A stretch of 63,135 bases of DNA, counting the filler, from Hausera hauseri (taxonomy: Eukaryota): the NCBI GenBank assembly GCA_046269625.1. It is 10 parts of 10 records of this genome, joined end to end, with 100 filler letters (N's around TTAATTAATTAA, not from the genome) between each part and the next. Parts side by side here need not be neighbours in the genome. Positions count along the whole stretch, not along the records: positions 47,034 to 54,275 come from JBJURY010028227.1; positions 54,376 to 58,476 come from JBJURY010761873.1; positions 58,577 to 63,135 come from JBJURY010528123.1; 7 more parts are not named here. One strand, given 5' to 3'. The position numbers and the translations under genes are program-made. Below, piece by piece: positions 51,224 through 63,135 of this stretch; position 1 is the stretch's first letter, and each line of letters begins with the position of its first letter. The notes under the pieces were generated by a model. That model saw only the letters and a program-made list of their open reading frames with translations, was not told where the DNA came from and did not search any database.

Positions 51224-51618
51224 CTTCATAGCCATATAGTCACGAGCCGACAGATAGACAATTCCAACGATACCAACAACAAGGGCCCAGAGATTCTCGG
51301 CGAGCCACCCTACAGCCTTCTGAGCAGTGGATAGGAGCCACGAAACAATGCTTCCGACGATTCCTGGGAGCGCGGCAGCGGCTTTTTCAGCGAGCTATCC
51401 TAGGAGGCGCCCGAGATCTTGTAGGCGTTGCTTGACCCAATCCTTGATGCCGCCCTTGTCCGGAGGCGAGGGGGCGACATTGCCACCACTGCCGCCACCT
51501 CTGAAAGCGAGAACGATGGTCGAGATGATCCAGCCGAGCGCGGTCAAGATGGTCACAATTGTCACCCCCTGCTGCCGAAATAGTTCGCGAATTCTCTCTC
51601 CCCATGTCTCCTTGCTAT
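51200..51618 (-). pseudogene. C-terminal part of a multi-pass membrane protein of the Maverick-like element (not in ORF track)
   Basis: Manual translation: ERIRELFRQQGVTIVTILTALGWIISTIV..WVKQRLQDLGRLLG*LAEKAAAALPGIVGSIVSWLL..VGWLAENLWALVVGIVG. Confidence 0.65.
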
Positions 51619-54275
51619 TGTGAACAAGGTCATGCTGGGCTGAATGTGTATGATCAGTTCGTCACGCATCAGGCTCGTTACGAGTGAATGTAACATACCT
51701 GAACCCAGATTTAGGTCAATTTGGTTGTTTCTGGACTGTAAACAATACTATTGAAGTACTTGGTCTTATGAGAGAATTTTTGAATAGCCAGCGGTTGAGG
51801 AGAAAATGTATTGTTGAAATATTCAACGTGTAAAATATAAAGTCTTTGTTGAATGAGAATCGATATCTTGACTGTGCAGAGAGAAGTACACAGTAGAGGT
51901 ATATTGCGAATTGTCTAGAGCAACTGTAGTTATTTTGGAGAGAGATTTAAGAAAAAGGAGATTGATATTGTGAGAGTAATGTCTTTGTGAAGCTGTCAGA
52001 AGAGTTTATTCAGAATCAATGCTATAACTTTATGTTCAAAGAGAGGCGTTTTGTCAAATTGTTCCAGATCAGGTTGATATTCAGCCACGTGCAAAACCCA
52101 AGATTCTCAGCTGTTATTCTGTTCGTCATCCATGTTTATGTTGAAGCCAACCATTAATTGAAGTCTGACACCCATCAAGAGATAACAATCATAAGTTGTC
52201 AGTTAACCTGGTTTCCAGTTCTGTTTTGTCAATTCTGTCGTCATGTCACCAGAGAATACATCGTTCGAGTTCCAGTCCAATTCGAGTATGTTATTCGTTT
52301 GAAGATGTTCCAGATGCTTCTTACTGTCTAACCACGTTCCAGAGTTCGGGCCTACTGTTCGTCTGAAGAGAGTCCAGTTCCAGTCTCGTGTATGCTGTTG
52401 AAGTCTTACCTGTAGTACAGTCTGTTCCCAGATATCCTGATCCAGTGAGCGGTTTGGTGGAGAACTATATCTCTTGCAGCAGCGTGAATTACTGTCTTTC
52501 GAGTATGAATTGGTTTTTGACTGAACTATTATTAAACAGTCCAAACAAAAGACTGAACTGTCGTGTTGAAGGAGTTCGATGTTACTTTGAAGAAGAATAA
52601 TTCAATTCAAGAAGAAGGAAGAATTCCTGCAGTGATCTGAGGGTAAAGTAATTGTGTTTATGTTGGTTTTGTTAACTTGATGTCTGTCTGTCTGATTCTA
52701 ATGTTATATTGTCAGTTTTCTATGAGATGATTAATTAATCATATTAAATTATGGTTGTTAAATGCAAGGCTTCTTGTCAGGTTCCTCCTATGTGGAGTTT
52801 TAAGTGTTCACCTTGTATGTGGTTGATGCCTGTGTGCTAGGACAAGTTTAAGCAGGATATCCTGTATCCTCAGCAGTCACGTGGGTTGATTCGTCACAAC
52901 GGGACATCGAAGTACGAGGATCACGAAAGCCACGAGTGTGTGTCACTAAGTTTAGGAGTGACATTGTCCAAACCAGTTTGGTGAGTTCGGTCACTCAACC
53001 TCACTATATCCGGCCCATCAACTCAATGGAGTGATAGGGGTTCTATCACAAGTAGCTTTAAAATACACTGGTACCGCAGACAGTCACTGATCCGCAGAAA
53101 CCACACGCTCACCACAAGTGAACACTTGACAAGACAAGACAAGACGAGTTTGAGGCAAGACGAGTTTGAGACATTTCTAGAGTTTACAGAAGTTAAGATT
53201 CAGATTTTCAAAACTATCTAATCTTAAGCTACATATATAATTAAAGGAATAAGAGGGCAGTGGAAATATAATAGATAAGTGATATAGAGTTGGGATATTA
53301 GAAAATGGCAACTCCTAACCCCCCAGGTAGAAGAGAAAATGGTAATGGTACCTCAAAGGCAAATAGACACAATAACAGAAGAATATAATAATATGAGAGT
53401 AGCGTGTAATGAGATGAAAGAAATAGTTGAGAAATTACAATTAGGCAATCTTGAGCCCGGTAAGTGCGGTACTTGAAAAGCTATGGCAATAAAAGAAGAT
53501 CCTGTCAAGAAAGCGTTAGATACGATTGAGGCGATAGTTACGAAAAGGATTTAAACAGCACATATTAAAATGTCAGAGCCAATGTTCAGTCCTTCACGGG
53601 AAAGGAGCCGAAATTGTTCAAAGTCTGGATCAATCAAATCGAGCGTTTCGCACATTTTTCGAAGGCCTCTGATCAAGACAGAAAAGAAATTACTTACACG
53701 TCATCCGACGCTTTCGTGAATGATTTCATTCGCCGAAGATTGCACTCACACCCAAATGAAATATGGGACGAATTTAAGAAAACTCTGGCAAGTCGTTATG
53801 CCGAAGTTACCGACATGCAATGTGCGATAGCAGATTTGCGACGCATTCACCAAGACAAAGATGAAGCTCCGCAGTTGTACGGAAATCGATTTTTAAACAA
53901 GGCAGAATCTGCTTACGATACATCAGATCTTACGTCAGAAATGATTAGCAAGACCCTGATTCCCATCTTTACAGACGGTCTAAGGTGTAAGCGAACACGC
54001 ATCAAGCTGATGAAATACGAACCCACGTCTATTTATGCAGCAATACAGATCGCCGTTGATGAGGCAAACTTTTCGAAACGGGTTAACATGCGATTTGGCA
54101 GAGAAAGTGTTGATGATAGACAGGAAGATCCTATGGAAGTGGATCAGTTAAGACATAGAAGGTCAGATAGAACGCTTGAGCGCGATAGATACAGAGAGAG
54201 AGAGAGAACAGTGCATGGGCAAAGATTAGTTCAGGAAGTACTGAGCGACATACAATGCTATAGGTGCGGACAGTA
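51619..54275 (+). mobile_element. LTR retrotransposon family C: 5' LTR/leader and gag
   Basis: Starts TGTGA at the point where the Maverick gene breaks; gag ORF from 53614 (WINQIE..WDEFK..Q..DE..FTDGL..PMEVD..CYRCG). LTR end uncertain (52898 or 53067). Confidence 0.75.
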
Positions 54276-54636
54276 NNNNNNNNNNNNNNNNNNNNNNNNN
54301 NNNNNNNNNNNNNNNNNNNTTAATTAATTAANNNNNNNNNNNNNNNNNNNNNNNNNNNNNNNNNNNNNNNNNNNNAAAGAGAAAATTTAACACAAGAAAT
54401 GTTCCAGATGCATATCATAAAATGTCGAGTTGACTTGATAATTGTATTGTTTATCCTCCCACAAAATTTTATCATAAGAACTCTAACCAGTTTAATGATT
54501 ATAACGTATATATTATGCCGAAATTACATGACAAAATATCCATCATCTGCTACTATCGTCGGTGCTAAATATGTTGCGAAGGAACTGCTTCTGATCATAA
54601 GCGACTTCTAAACATATCCTAAATTGNNNNNNNNNN

Positions 54637-54798
54637 GTTTTGCTGACAGCTCATCTCGTAATCTTTCGTCCAATTCGGCGGGTAAAATCCTCGAGGCGGT
54701 GAGTCGAACCCGACTATAGATTTGACGCGGCGATAACGGACGCCCGGCCGTGCCCAACCAAAATGGGCCAAAGGGCACCGGCCGCAGTAGGCACCACA
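54637..54798 (-). repeat. Start of the 3' LTR of family A copy 6
   Basis: TGTGGTGCC at 54798 after PPT GGGGGTAA; conserved GC-rich head. Confidence 0.8.
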
Positions 54799-57700
54799 TT
54801 ACCCCCGTGGCAAGGTTAAAGCTATAAAAGAGCAAAATAGACAGAAATAAAATCGCCAAACGGAAAAATGTCTGTATCAATTGGTCTTAGTGTGAACAAG
54901 ACGTTGGGTACCTCTACTGATTTTTCCCTGCTATACATAGTAAATGTGACTCTTCGTGTTTTGTCTGTATGCGATGTGTTTGCTTGCAGAGTTTGAAGTT
55001 GGGAAAAAATTGTCAGATTTTGTTATGGGTGTAATGTCGTGCAAAGACAAGTTCGAAAGAAGGGAAGAAGAAAGTAAAGGAGGGAGAGAGATTGTTGAAG
55101 ACGGGCGGTTGAAGGTGTTCAAGAGAATGTTAGAAGACAAGAGATTGGAAAAAGACGTAGTGGCGGATGAAGAAGGATGGACGGAAATTGGAGTAAGGAT
55201 TGTTATTGTATTAGACGAAAGAGTAAAAGTAGAAAGTGAAACAAAGTTAGTGGTAGAGATAGGAACAGAGATAGGGGCAGAAGTGGAAAGTGAAGAAAGT
55301 GACAAAGCAGAACTAGGAGCAGAAGGAGGAGGTGGAACAGGTGTAGCAACAGGTGTAGCAACAGGTGTAGGAACAGCAGAAAGTGCAGGAGTGAGAAAAA
55401 TGGTCGACGTGTCGATTGGCAAAGTGTATTCGAGGAAAAAGGTAGGCTTTAATTTAGTAATATGCACTGTAAGTTCTTTGCCGTCTATAGAAATAATAGC
55501 GTTGTGCGAATGCAGCTGTACCAGTTTATAGAGCCCCAAATGCTGCGGCTGAAACTGCACGGCGTTTGATTCTTTAGCCATATGAATTTTGCCGAATGCA
55601 AGTCTTCTGGTAAATATGTTTTGTCTTTGTGAAGTAACCTGCCGAATAAATCTCTGCTGACCTTAACAAAGTGATTTTTCGTTGCCCGTATCGTATCATC
55701 TGTAGGTGAGTCGTCCAAGGCGGTTAGTTCGAATAATGATTATACAGAAGTTCCGAATGAGGATTCGTTAGGTGAGCATCCTGCAGAAGTAGACGGAGTG
55801 TTCCGCCAGCCATGCAAAACAAACGGAAGAAGGTTCGCCCAACTAGTATTGGACTCTGCAAGGATTCTTAGTGACGTTTTCAACGTTCTGTGGAAGCGTT
55901 CTAAAAGGCCGTTAGATTGGGATGGTAAGGCGTAGTATATATGTGATAGATCCCCAATCAGTTAACAAGGGATTTAAACAGTTTGGATTCAAACTGTGGA
56001 CCCTGGTCCGTGATGATGAAGCCAGGTGATCCAAACCTGCTAATCCATATATGAATGAAAACATCAGCTATAGTATAGGTATTTGTGCTCAGCAGAGGGA
56101 TGGCTTCTGGCCATCGCGAGGAACGGTCCATCATGGTGAAAATAAATTGATGACCGTTGTCTGGAGGAAGAGGGCCAACGAGATCAACATGAACAGACTC
56201 GAAACGTGATGTGCAAGGGAAATGATATAGTGGTGGCTTCAAATATTTGGTGGGTTTAAATTTCTGGCAGGCCACGCACTCCTTAATCCACGCTTGCACA
56301 TTGGAACGCATAGTCGGCCATATTACTTGCCGGTGGAGTAGGAGAAAAGATGCCTTAGCACCAAGATAGTGCAGTGAATGTACACTGCTAAACGCTTGCC
56401 GTTGTAAAGGTGGTGCAAGAATTATTACGGCATGACCTGGTTTCGAAGTGTCTAAAGCCACGCCGTCAACAATTGTAGAAGAATTAAAAGAATTAAGCAT
56501 GTCCTGAGGTGGCTAGTTCTGTTGGAGTTGTACTTGAGAGAAGACTAATGAAAAATTAATCGAAATAACCGACCTAGTTATAAAATCGGCAACCAAATTA
56601 TTAACCCCATTGATGTTTTTTGTCGAAGTTAAATATCGACAAATATAATATCTGTCATTCTTGACGTGAGGAAGGATGTTTCATAGCCATGATGTTAAGT
56701 AAAGGCTTGTGATCGGTTTGTATAGTAAAATGGCGAGCGACAAGAATGTGGGAGAAATGCTTTAAAGCGAGAATTATGGCTAATAATTCCAGATCGCACG
56801 TTGAGTATTTAGTTTCAGGGGGTATTAGCTTACGAGAGAAATATTCTAGCGGGTGATTTTTTCATTTGTGGATTTGGTGAAGCACAGCACCTACCGCGGT
56901 GGTTGAAGCATCTGTGGTAAGGATAAATTCCGCGTCAGGCTTGGAGATAGCTAAAATGTCGACAGTCTTAATTCCTTCGCATGGCTTATCAAACTTATCA
57001 ACTAATTCAGGTGTCCACTAAATTGGCTGATGTTTTTTTGCCGCCGTTTAAGTGTGCCAATAGTGCTGCCAGTTCAGAACAATATGGTACATATTTATAT
57101 ACAAAATGTAGTTTACCAAGAAAGCTTTGCATTTCAGTGGTCATACGTGGTAACTGAATATTCTTAAGGGCTTCAACTCGGTCTGCTTGGAAAGATTGGC
57201 CGTCTGGTGAAATAACATGGCCCAAAAAATTGATGCGCTTTTTGAAGAAATGGCATTTGTCAAAATTGACTTGGAGATTATGGTGATTAAGGCGTTGGAA
57301 TATTGTGCGGAGATGTTTCTTATGTTGTTTAACTAAAGACGAAATGACCAGAATATCATCGATGTAAGGGTGCGCAAACAGGAAATCTGAAAGAATTGAG
57401 TCAATATGTCTCTGAAAAATTTGTTTGGCATTTCGCAAACCGAATGGCATAAACAGGTACGCGTAGAGACCAAAAGGGGTAGTGACAGAAGTCTTTTTTA
57501 TGTCTTCGGGTGCCACCAAAATTTAGTGATATGCTTTGGCCAAATCGATGGTCAAATAAATTGCGGTTGAATTAAGGCGATCCAAGATATCCTTCATGGG
57601 TGGCAGGGGAACGCATCCATGATAGTCAAGTTGTTCAACTGTCGGTAGTCACCACATGGTCTAAAAGTTCCGTTCTTTTTTGTACGACGTGTAAAGGTGA

Positions 57701-58476
57701 CGACCAAGGAGATTTGGAACGGCGTATAATGCAGGGGTGTTTTAGTTCAAGAAATTTGGCTTCTACGGTATGCCTACGACGGAGTGGCAGTGGTCGTATC
57801 TTTTGGCGTATTGGTCGTTTGTGTTGTGTAACTATGCGATATAAAGTACTGTTTGCAGGAGTAAATGTACGATCTTTTTTAAGTACACGTGGGCATGATG
57901 TGTTGACGAATTGCTGCAAAGTTGTAGACAACTGTGAGGGATTCGGTGATGATGGTGAAGAAGCTTGAGTGGCAGCGGATGCAATTTGTAAATTTTTTGA
58001 TGATGTAAAGTCAATTGGTATTTGGTGCAAAACGATCGAATTAAAAATAGTGTTGGATAAAGGAATTTTGTCGAGTGAATTAACGTTGGTGACGGTACCA
58101 CAATTAACGACATCAAACTTCGACTGAATATAAATGTTATAATTTAAAAATTTACGGAATGAAATGTAAGTATTACCGAAATTCGAATTAATTTATGATT
58201 TCCTCAAAATTGATCTCCGCGTCCCGATCGACTGCGCGGTAGTCGAAATGCTATTTATGTGCTTACTAACGCTACAAGTGATGCCACTTCTCAGACATCG
58301 TTGACTGCAGTTAACCAATAAATTATAATGTAATAAAAAATCAGAACCTAGAATTGTCGTCTGGAAATTAGCAACTGTGAAGTTCCAGTGAAAAAGTAAA
58401 GGAAATTTTGGTAAGATAAAAGATAGTTTAGCCATGCCAGAAATGTGCAGCGGTTGACCCGAAGCGGTGTATAAAG
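54799..58476 (-). mobile_element. Ty3/Gypsy family A copy 6 (protease to PPT; degraded)
   Basis: ILGSDFL, MPFGLRNA, YIDDIL, CVACQKFK, VDLVGPLP, TDQGPQFES. Confidence 0.94.
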
Positions 58477-58576
58477 NNNNNNNNNNNNNNNNNNNNNNNN
58501 NNNNNNNNNNNNNNNNNNNNTTAATTAATTAANNNNNNNNNNNNNNNNNNNNNNNNNNNNNNNNNNNNNNNNNNNN

Positions 58577-60134
58577 AGGAAGCGTGGACAGAGTTCTTCT
58601 GCAGAAACATGTTGGAGTACATGCTCCAGTACCTGAAACTGGACGTGTACTTGTTAGCCGATGTGTTTCATTCATTTCGTGTTAAGGCGTTGTTGGATGA
58701 TAAGCTAAAGCCGCTAAACTTTTACTTTATGCCGGGGATGAGTTGGGCATCGGCACTAATTTCGCTAAACAGGGAAATTGAGCTGTTGCAAGATCTGGAA
58801 ATGTACTGACTATTTGATGTTGGTATTCGTGGCAGCATGACATTTGTCAACAAGCATCACGTAACCAGTGATGACTATGATACAACATCAATGTTGTACA
58901 TCGATATTAATAACCTGTACGGCTGGACGCTACCGCAACCCTTGCCGTACGGTTTTTTTGAATGGATAATGGACAAACAAGAACTGGGTACATTGCTGGA
59001 CAGCCTGCCAGCAGCAGCAAACACGACAGAAAGCAGCTCAGTAGGCTACTTAATGGAAGTCGATCTTTTGGTACCAGATGAGCTGCATGACGATCTGAAC
59101 AAATTATCCGTGGCACCAATAAGCCAATGTCCGTCCGGCACAAAAGTAAAGAAACTGCTCATGACGCATGAACTAAAATAGAATTACGTGGTTCATAGGC
59201 GTCTACTGCAGTTTTACATGCAGCTCGGTGTACGCGTCACATAGTTGCATCGCGCAATCCGCTTCAATCAGGCGCCAATAGTCAAGGCATACATTGACGG
59301 AAATTCGCAGAAACGAGCCGCAGCTCGTACAAAGTTCGAAAATGACCACTACAAATTGAAAAATAATTCTCTCTACGGCAAAACAGCAAAGAACCTCAAA
59401 AGCGACTCAATGTGCGCCTATGTAACAACGAAAAGTGGCTGATTACGTACATCAGCAAGGCTCAGTTCATGCGGTCAATGCACATTACCGATGGATTGGT
59501 TGCGATGCTGTTAAACCGGGAAGAAGTCGTTTTGGACCGTCCAAGTTACATCGGACAAGTGGTATTGGATTTGAGCAAGTTGCGAATGTACGAACTCCAG
59601 TATCGCGACTTGGCACGTTACCGGAAAATGTTCGACGACTGTGAGATCAGTATCGTTACCGGTGACACAGACAGCTTTTTCCTTGAGCCGGAAAACGTCA
59701 ATCGACACCAACAGCTCCAGAAAATGATGACAGATGGACTACTGGACATGTCTAACTACCCACCAGATCATCCGTTGTACAGCAGCGCGATTCCCAACAA
59801 AATCGGCTGTTTCAAGGATGAAAGTGAAGGTGGGATTCAGTATCGGGAATGTATATTCCTAGGTCCAAAGTTCTATAGTCTTCTAACGGATTGTGGACCG
59901 AAAATGCGGACAAAAGGAGTCCAACTGAGACAGACGGAAATCGACCATGGTGATTATCGCCGTATCTATAAAGAAGAAGGACAATCAATGGCTCTTGTGT
60001 CTCAAACGATCATCCGAACGATTGAGCACCAGCTGTATACGGTAAGGAATAAAAAGTCGCTATATCATGCAATGATGATAAGAGTAAGCAGATGGGGCGA
60101 AATAAAAGTTGGGCGTATGGATATTGGAGGTTGA
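58577..60134 (+). pseudogene. polB: Protein-primed family B DNA polymerase (Maverick/Polinton type), disrupted
   Basis: YLKLDVYLLADVF, LYIDINNLYG, KLKNNSLYGKT, RPSYIGQVVLDLSKLRMY, GDTDSF, IGCFKDE, GPKFYS, KGV. Confidence 0.9.
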
Positions 60135-60426
60135 AATAAAACACGTTTGGTGGTGTCAAATCAGATCAGATTAGATACAGATAATTCAATATTGTGACAA
60201 TTATTGACAATTATCTTTTGTACATAGTTTTATTTTAATGTTAATAACGTACTTTGTTCACTGTCTTTTGTGTTTTGTTTTCTGTTACTGACTTAACTTC
60301 TTATTTTTAAGTACGATAAGGTAAAACTAAAACAATAACCTTGCACGAGAAAATAAAATATGCAACACGAATACATTTATTTATTGATCGGCGAAAAACT
60401 AATATCACAAAAACACGCAAAGTCAG

Positions 60427-60894
60427 TTAAATCATAGTAAACTTTCCCATTTTCCATATTGGGGATTTGACGCCGCTCCTTTCTTTGAATCCTTTGAGCT
60501 TCAGTGTCAGGTAGCCTTTAGCTTCTTCCGGTAGAGAAACTTCTGCTGCTGCTGCTTTTTCTCCACCGCCATGTGAACTGACAATTTTCGCCATATTTCC
60601 TTTGAAAAAAATCGATGATGTATCTCGCATATCGTTACTCAACGCCAAATTACTGTCAACATTTCTAATTGTGTCGTCTATTGTATCCATATCATTGTCG
60701 CTGATCTTTTTCACCAATAGACCATATTTCACCGGTTTGATTTTGACCGCTTGCGTCAAGGGCAATTGAATAACGTTGCGTAGATAATGTAAGTTGTATC
60801 CATTATACCACCGAGTATGTCTGAGAGAATATTCGCTGAGGTGTGGCTTTTTTGAGAGACTGTCATCATCTGAATTGTTTTCTACCAAAGACAT
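60427..60894 (-). CDS. Hypothetical protein, intact; paralogue of 62704-63135
   Basis: 155-aa ATG ORF; shares HYLR..KY..KKIS and L.L.GFKE....SPIW with the second copy. Confidence 0.65.
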   Translation of the reverse strand: MSLVENNSDDDSLSKKPHLSEYSLRHTRWYNGYNLHYLRNVIQLPLTQAVKIKPVKYGLLVKKISDNDMDTIDDTIRNVDSNLALSNDMRDTSSIFFKGNMAKIVSSHGGGEKAAAAEVSLPEEAKGYLTLKLKGFKERSGVKSPIWKMGKFTMI

Positions 60895-61029
60895 TGTTTA
60901 AAAAAGAAAAACATAAACTGAAATTGCATCTCTATTTATATCAAAGGTTTGTTATCATTGCGAACAATAGATAGTTCGTGAGTATTGTCTCATATCACAA
61001 TGATACAAATTACCGCCATGTTACTGAAG

Positions 61030-61511
61030 TCATTCATAATAAATGTGTACAATTTCCTTTATAGCACATTTACAGTCCGGGCATTGGTTGGTTACTTTTG
61101 TGGTGGTGGAACACATTTCACAAACAACGAAATAGCCGTACATTAAGAGTACCGTATCAACTTTTCTTTGTTTACATAGTAAAAACATAAACTGACAGTG
61201 TCGTACTTTGTCCATTATTTTCTCTTTCAAGTTCTTTAATTCACCACGTACCTTTTCAACAATATTAAAGTAATTTAAACGTACAGTCGATGAATGTACA
61301 TTTGATTTAATACAATAATTAGATTTTCTATAGAGCTGCAATCTATTGTTGCCGTCATCAACGCTTCTGACGCTAAATCTTCTTTAAATTCAAAATCACC
61401 TGCTGCTCTCGCAACCAGCTCACTATCAAGTACTTTCTACCATCGTATCAAGTCTGAAATTGATAATTCATCAAAATTTTGCAACTCTTTCAGTTGATTA
61501 ACTATTTCCAT
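61030..61511 (-). pseudogene. C-terminal RING-finger protein (IAP/MDM2-type RING), degenerate
   Basis: LCKQRKVDTVLLMYGYFVVCEMCS...CPDCKCAIKEIVHIY at the C-terminus; stops and frameshift upstream. Confidence 0.65.
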
Positions 61512-61609
61512 GATATTAATATTATTTCCTACCCATATTTATAGTTTTTGAATTATTCAACTGACCAACACGGAAAGAAAAAAAGAAACAAAGAAATACA
61601 TATATTTAT

Positions 61610-62093
61610 TTGCATGAAATATAGTCAATACAAAGCCGTAGACATTTTTTCTAAGCGCAGTGTGCTCCATGATCACGATATGGACATCAGATATTGTCAA
61701 GTACCATCACCAGCGAGCTATTTGATGTTGAATTCGTCGTCATTCGCACCTCGGGAAACTGTTATGGAGTTGTGTAAACTTTTGCCAGTGAATTTGATCT
61801 TTATTGTAAAATATTGTATTTTCAATGTCAAAACGATCACAAATCTCTCCCATAATACAAGTTTCACAGAAAATTGAATTGCCTTCATACCAATGAAGTC
61901 AATAAAGATGTCGGAAGAGAAATCCGTTTATAATTTTTGCTTTTTCCGTCAGGTCTTTCAACACAATACTGGGATTGAATATGAAAACAAGCGGTTCGAA
62001 AATGTTACCGACGTCCATAATGCATAATTCCTTTATTATGTACCGGGCATTATAATCCTCGAAAGCTTCAAAATCTATAAATCCTGTCGCCAT
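61610..62093 (-). pseudogene. DEDD-type exonuclease-like protein typical of Maverick-like elements
   Basis: FIDFEAF...YIIKELCI..F.F.P..N.FL.RH...W..G, plus C-terminal CPYRDHGAHCA..KC. Confidence 0.55.
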
Positions 62094-62165
62094 TACTTAT
62101 CATGTACAAAATCATTTTTTGTTTATAACACAAGCAAAACAACTAACTATTATTATCATCACAAA

Positions 62166-62607
62166 TCACTGAACATGGGTGGTTTTGTCCATATCACCAA
62201 AGCCATTTCGCGTCTATTTATTGGCACAAAACAGTCCCCATTGTTAAGGTGACATTACACTGAATTCCGCCTCTTCACGGCGAAGAAAAACAATTTATGC
62301 GGTAGCACTGCTTTTCAAAAAAGCATACGGTATGCCGGATTGTTTTTCCAGCAAGACCTTAATTTCATAATGAAAGTTTGAATCAATGACGCCGCCCACA
62401 ATCATCAGTCCGAGCTTTGCCAGTCCGCTTTTCGATAAAAGTTGGCCGTAGTAACCGGGTGGAATTTCCAATCAAATCCCTGTCGTTATGTATTTGATTG
62501 AATGTCGTATTGACATTGGAAAACACATCGTAACCTGCACTGTTTGCTGCAACACGTCTCGGTATAAAGGCATTTTCGTCTGTTAAGATAATCTTTACAT
62601 CATTCAT
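62166..62607 (-). pseudogene. dut: dUTPase, frameshifted
   Basis: AFIPRR..NSAGYDVFS, EIPPGYYGQLLSKSGL, GGVIDSNF, RNGFG across frames. Confidence 0.85.
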
Positions 62608-62703
62608 TATCATTATTCCTATGCCAATATTAAAATTGCACGTATATTTATACTCGTTAATTCGTTTGACGAAAGAAGAAAAAGAACGGTAAAACAACAA
62701 AAT

Positions 62704-63135
62704 TTAATGATAATTAAAATTTGCATCAGCTATACGCCAAATCGGGTTTTTTATATCGGCTTTTTCCTTGTATCCTTGCAATTCAATATTCAGTCGACAC
62801 TTTAAACCACGACCACTACCATTATCATCATCATCGGGTACATGAGACATTTCGCGACCGATAAAATTAAATAAATTTCGTTTTCTGCGCCGGTAAATTG
62901 ACAGATTGTTGTTGCACAGTCGTTTTGGTCAACTTTAAATCCACGTTTAATTGATGTAGAGCATCAGAAAGTTTATCCAAATTTTCACCAGAAAGTCGCT
63001 TTGCACGATAGCTGTATTTGGATGCACATAGAAACACGGGATCATTCAATGAAATCAGTACGGGTGTTCGCAAAAAATGCATTTCATATTTGCAAAAAGT
63101 TCGTTTCGGTAAAAATATCTGTGTTTGGCGTGCCC
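62704..63135 (-). pseudogene. Paralogue of 60427-60894, frameshifted near 62870, 5' end outside the window
   Basis: HFLRTPV..SKYSYRAKRLS.. then LNIELQGYKEKADIKNPIWRI. Confidence 0.6.

Larger units (their letters stand above)
47034..51618. mobile_element. Maverick/Polinton-like (adintovirus-like) endogenous element fragment, structural/membrane module
   Basis: Compact, intronless, mostly GC-richer gene cluster with a penton-like gene and proteins I recall from invertebrate Maverick-like elements; interrupted by an LTR element at about 51619. Confidence 0.7.

Noticed and set aside
47034-63135. Treating the penton module and the pPolB module as one element
   Set aside because: They are on different contigs separated by linkers and differ in base composition; linkage cannot be shown.
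1-63135. CRISPR array, rRNA or prokaryotic operons
   Set aside because: No regularly spaced repeats or rRNA-like sequence; the content is eukaryotic mobile DNA.

Overview
AT-rich animal (metazoan) draft-assembly window made of ten unrelated contigs joined by artificial 100-nt linkers (N44-TTAATTAATTAA-N44), so adjacency across linkers means nothing. All family assignments come from my own motif recognition; no searches were run. It is almost all decayed mobile DNA: (i) six copies of one Ty3/Gypsy family (CsRn1/Kabuki-like, double CHCC Gag knuckle, A-AAA-AAC frameshift site); (ii) two other Gypsy families; (iii) a Penelope-like element with a minimal hammerhead, plus tRNA-derived SINEs; (iv) two Maverick/Polinton-like virus fragments, one with a penton-like gene and three membrane-protein genes, the other with pPolB, RING, DEDD nuclease, dUTPase and a duplicated unknown gene. 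Two observations stand out. First, the main Gypsy family seems to have multi-kb LTRs (PPT-TGTGG/TGTAG ... CCACA/CACTAC) filled with different, intronless host-gene cargo: CFAP46, KDM5 JmjN-end/ARID, a Rel/ankyrin NF-kB-like gene, a TRAF-type MATH gene and CNOT2. The two LTRs of one element share about 290 bp and then switch cargo at a hairpin. Second, a geminivirus-like CRESS Rep (HUH + SF3 helicase) gene, missed by the ORF track because four 38-44-nt GT-AG introns split it, lies near TBP-like and Dcp2-like genes.
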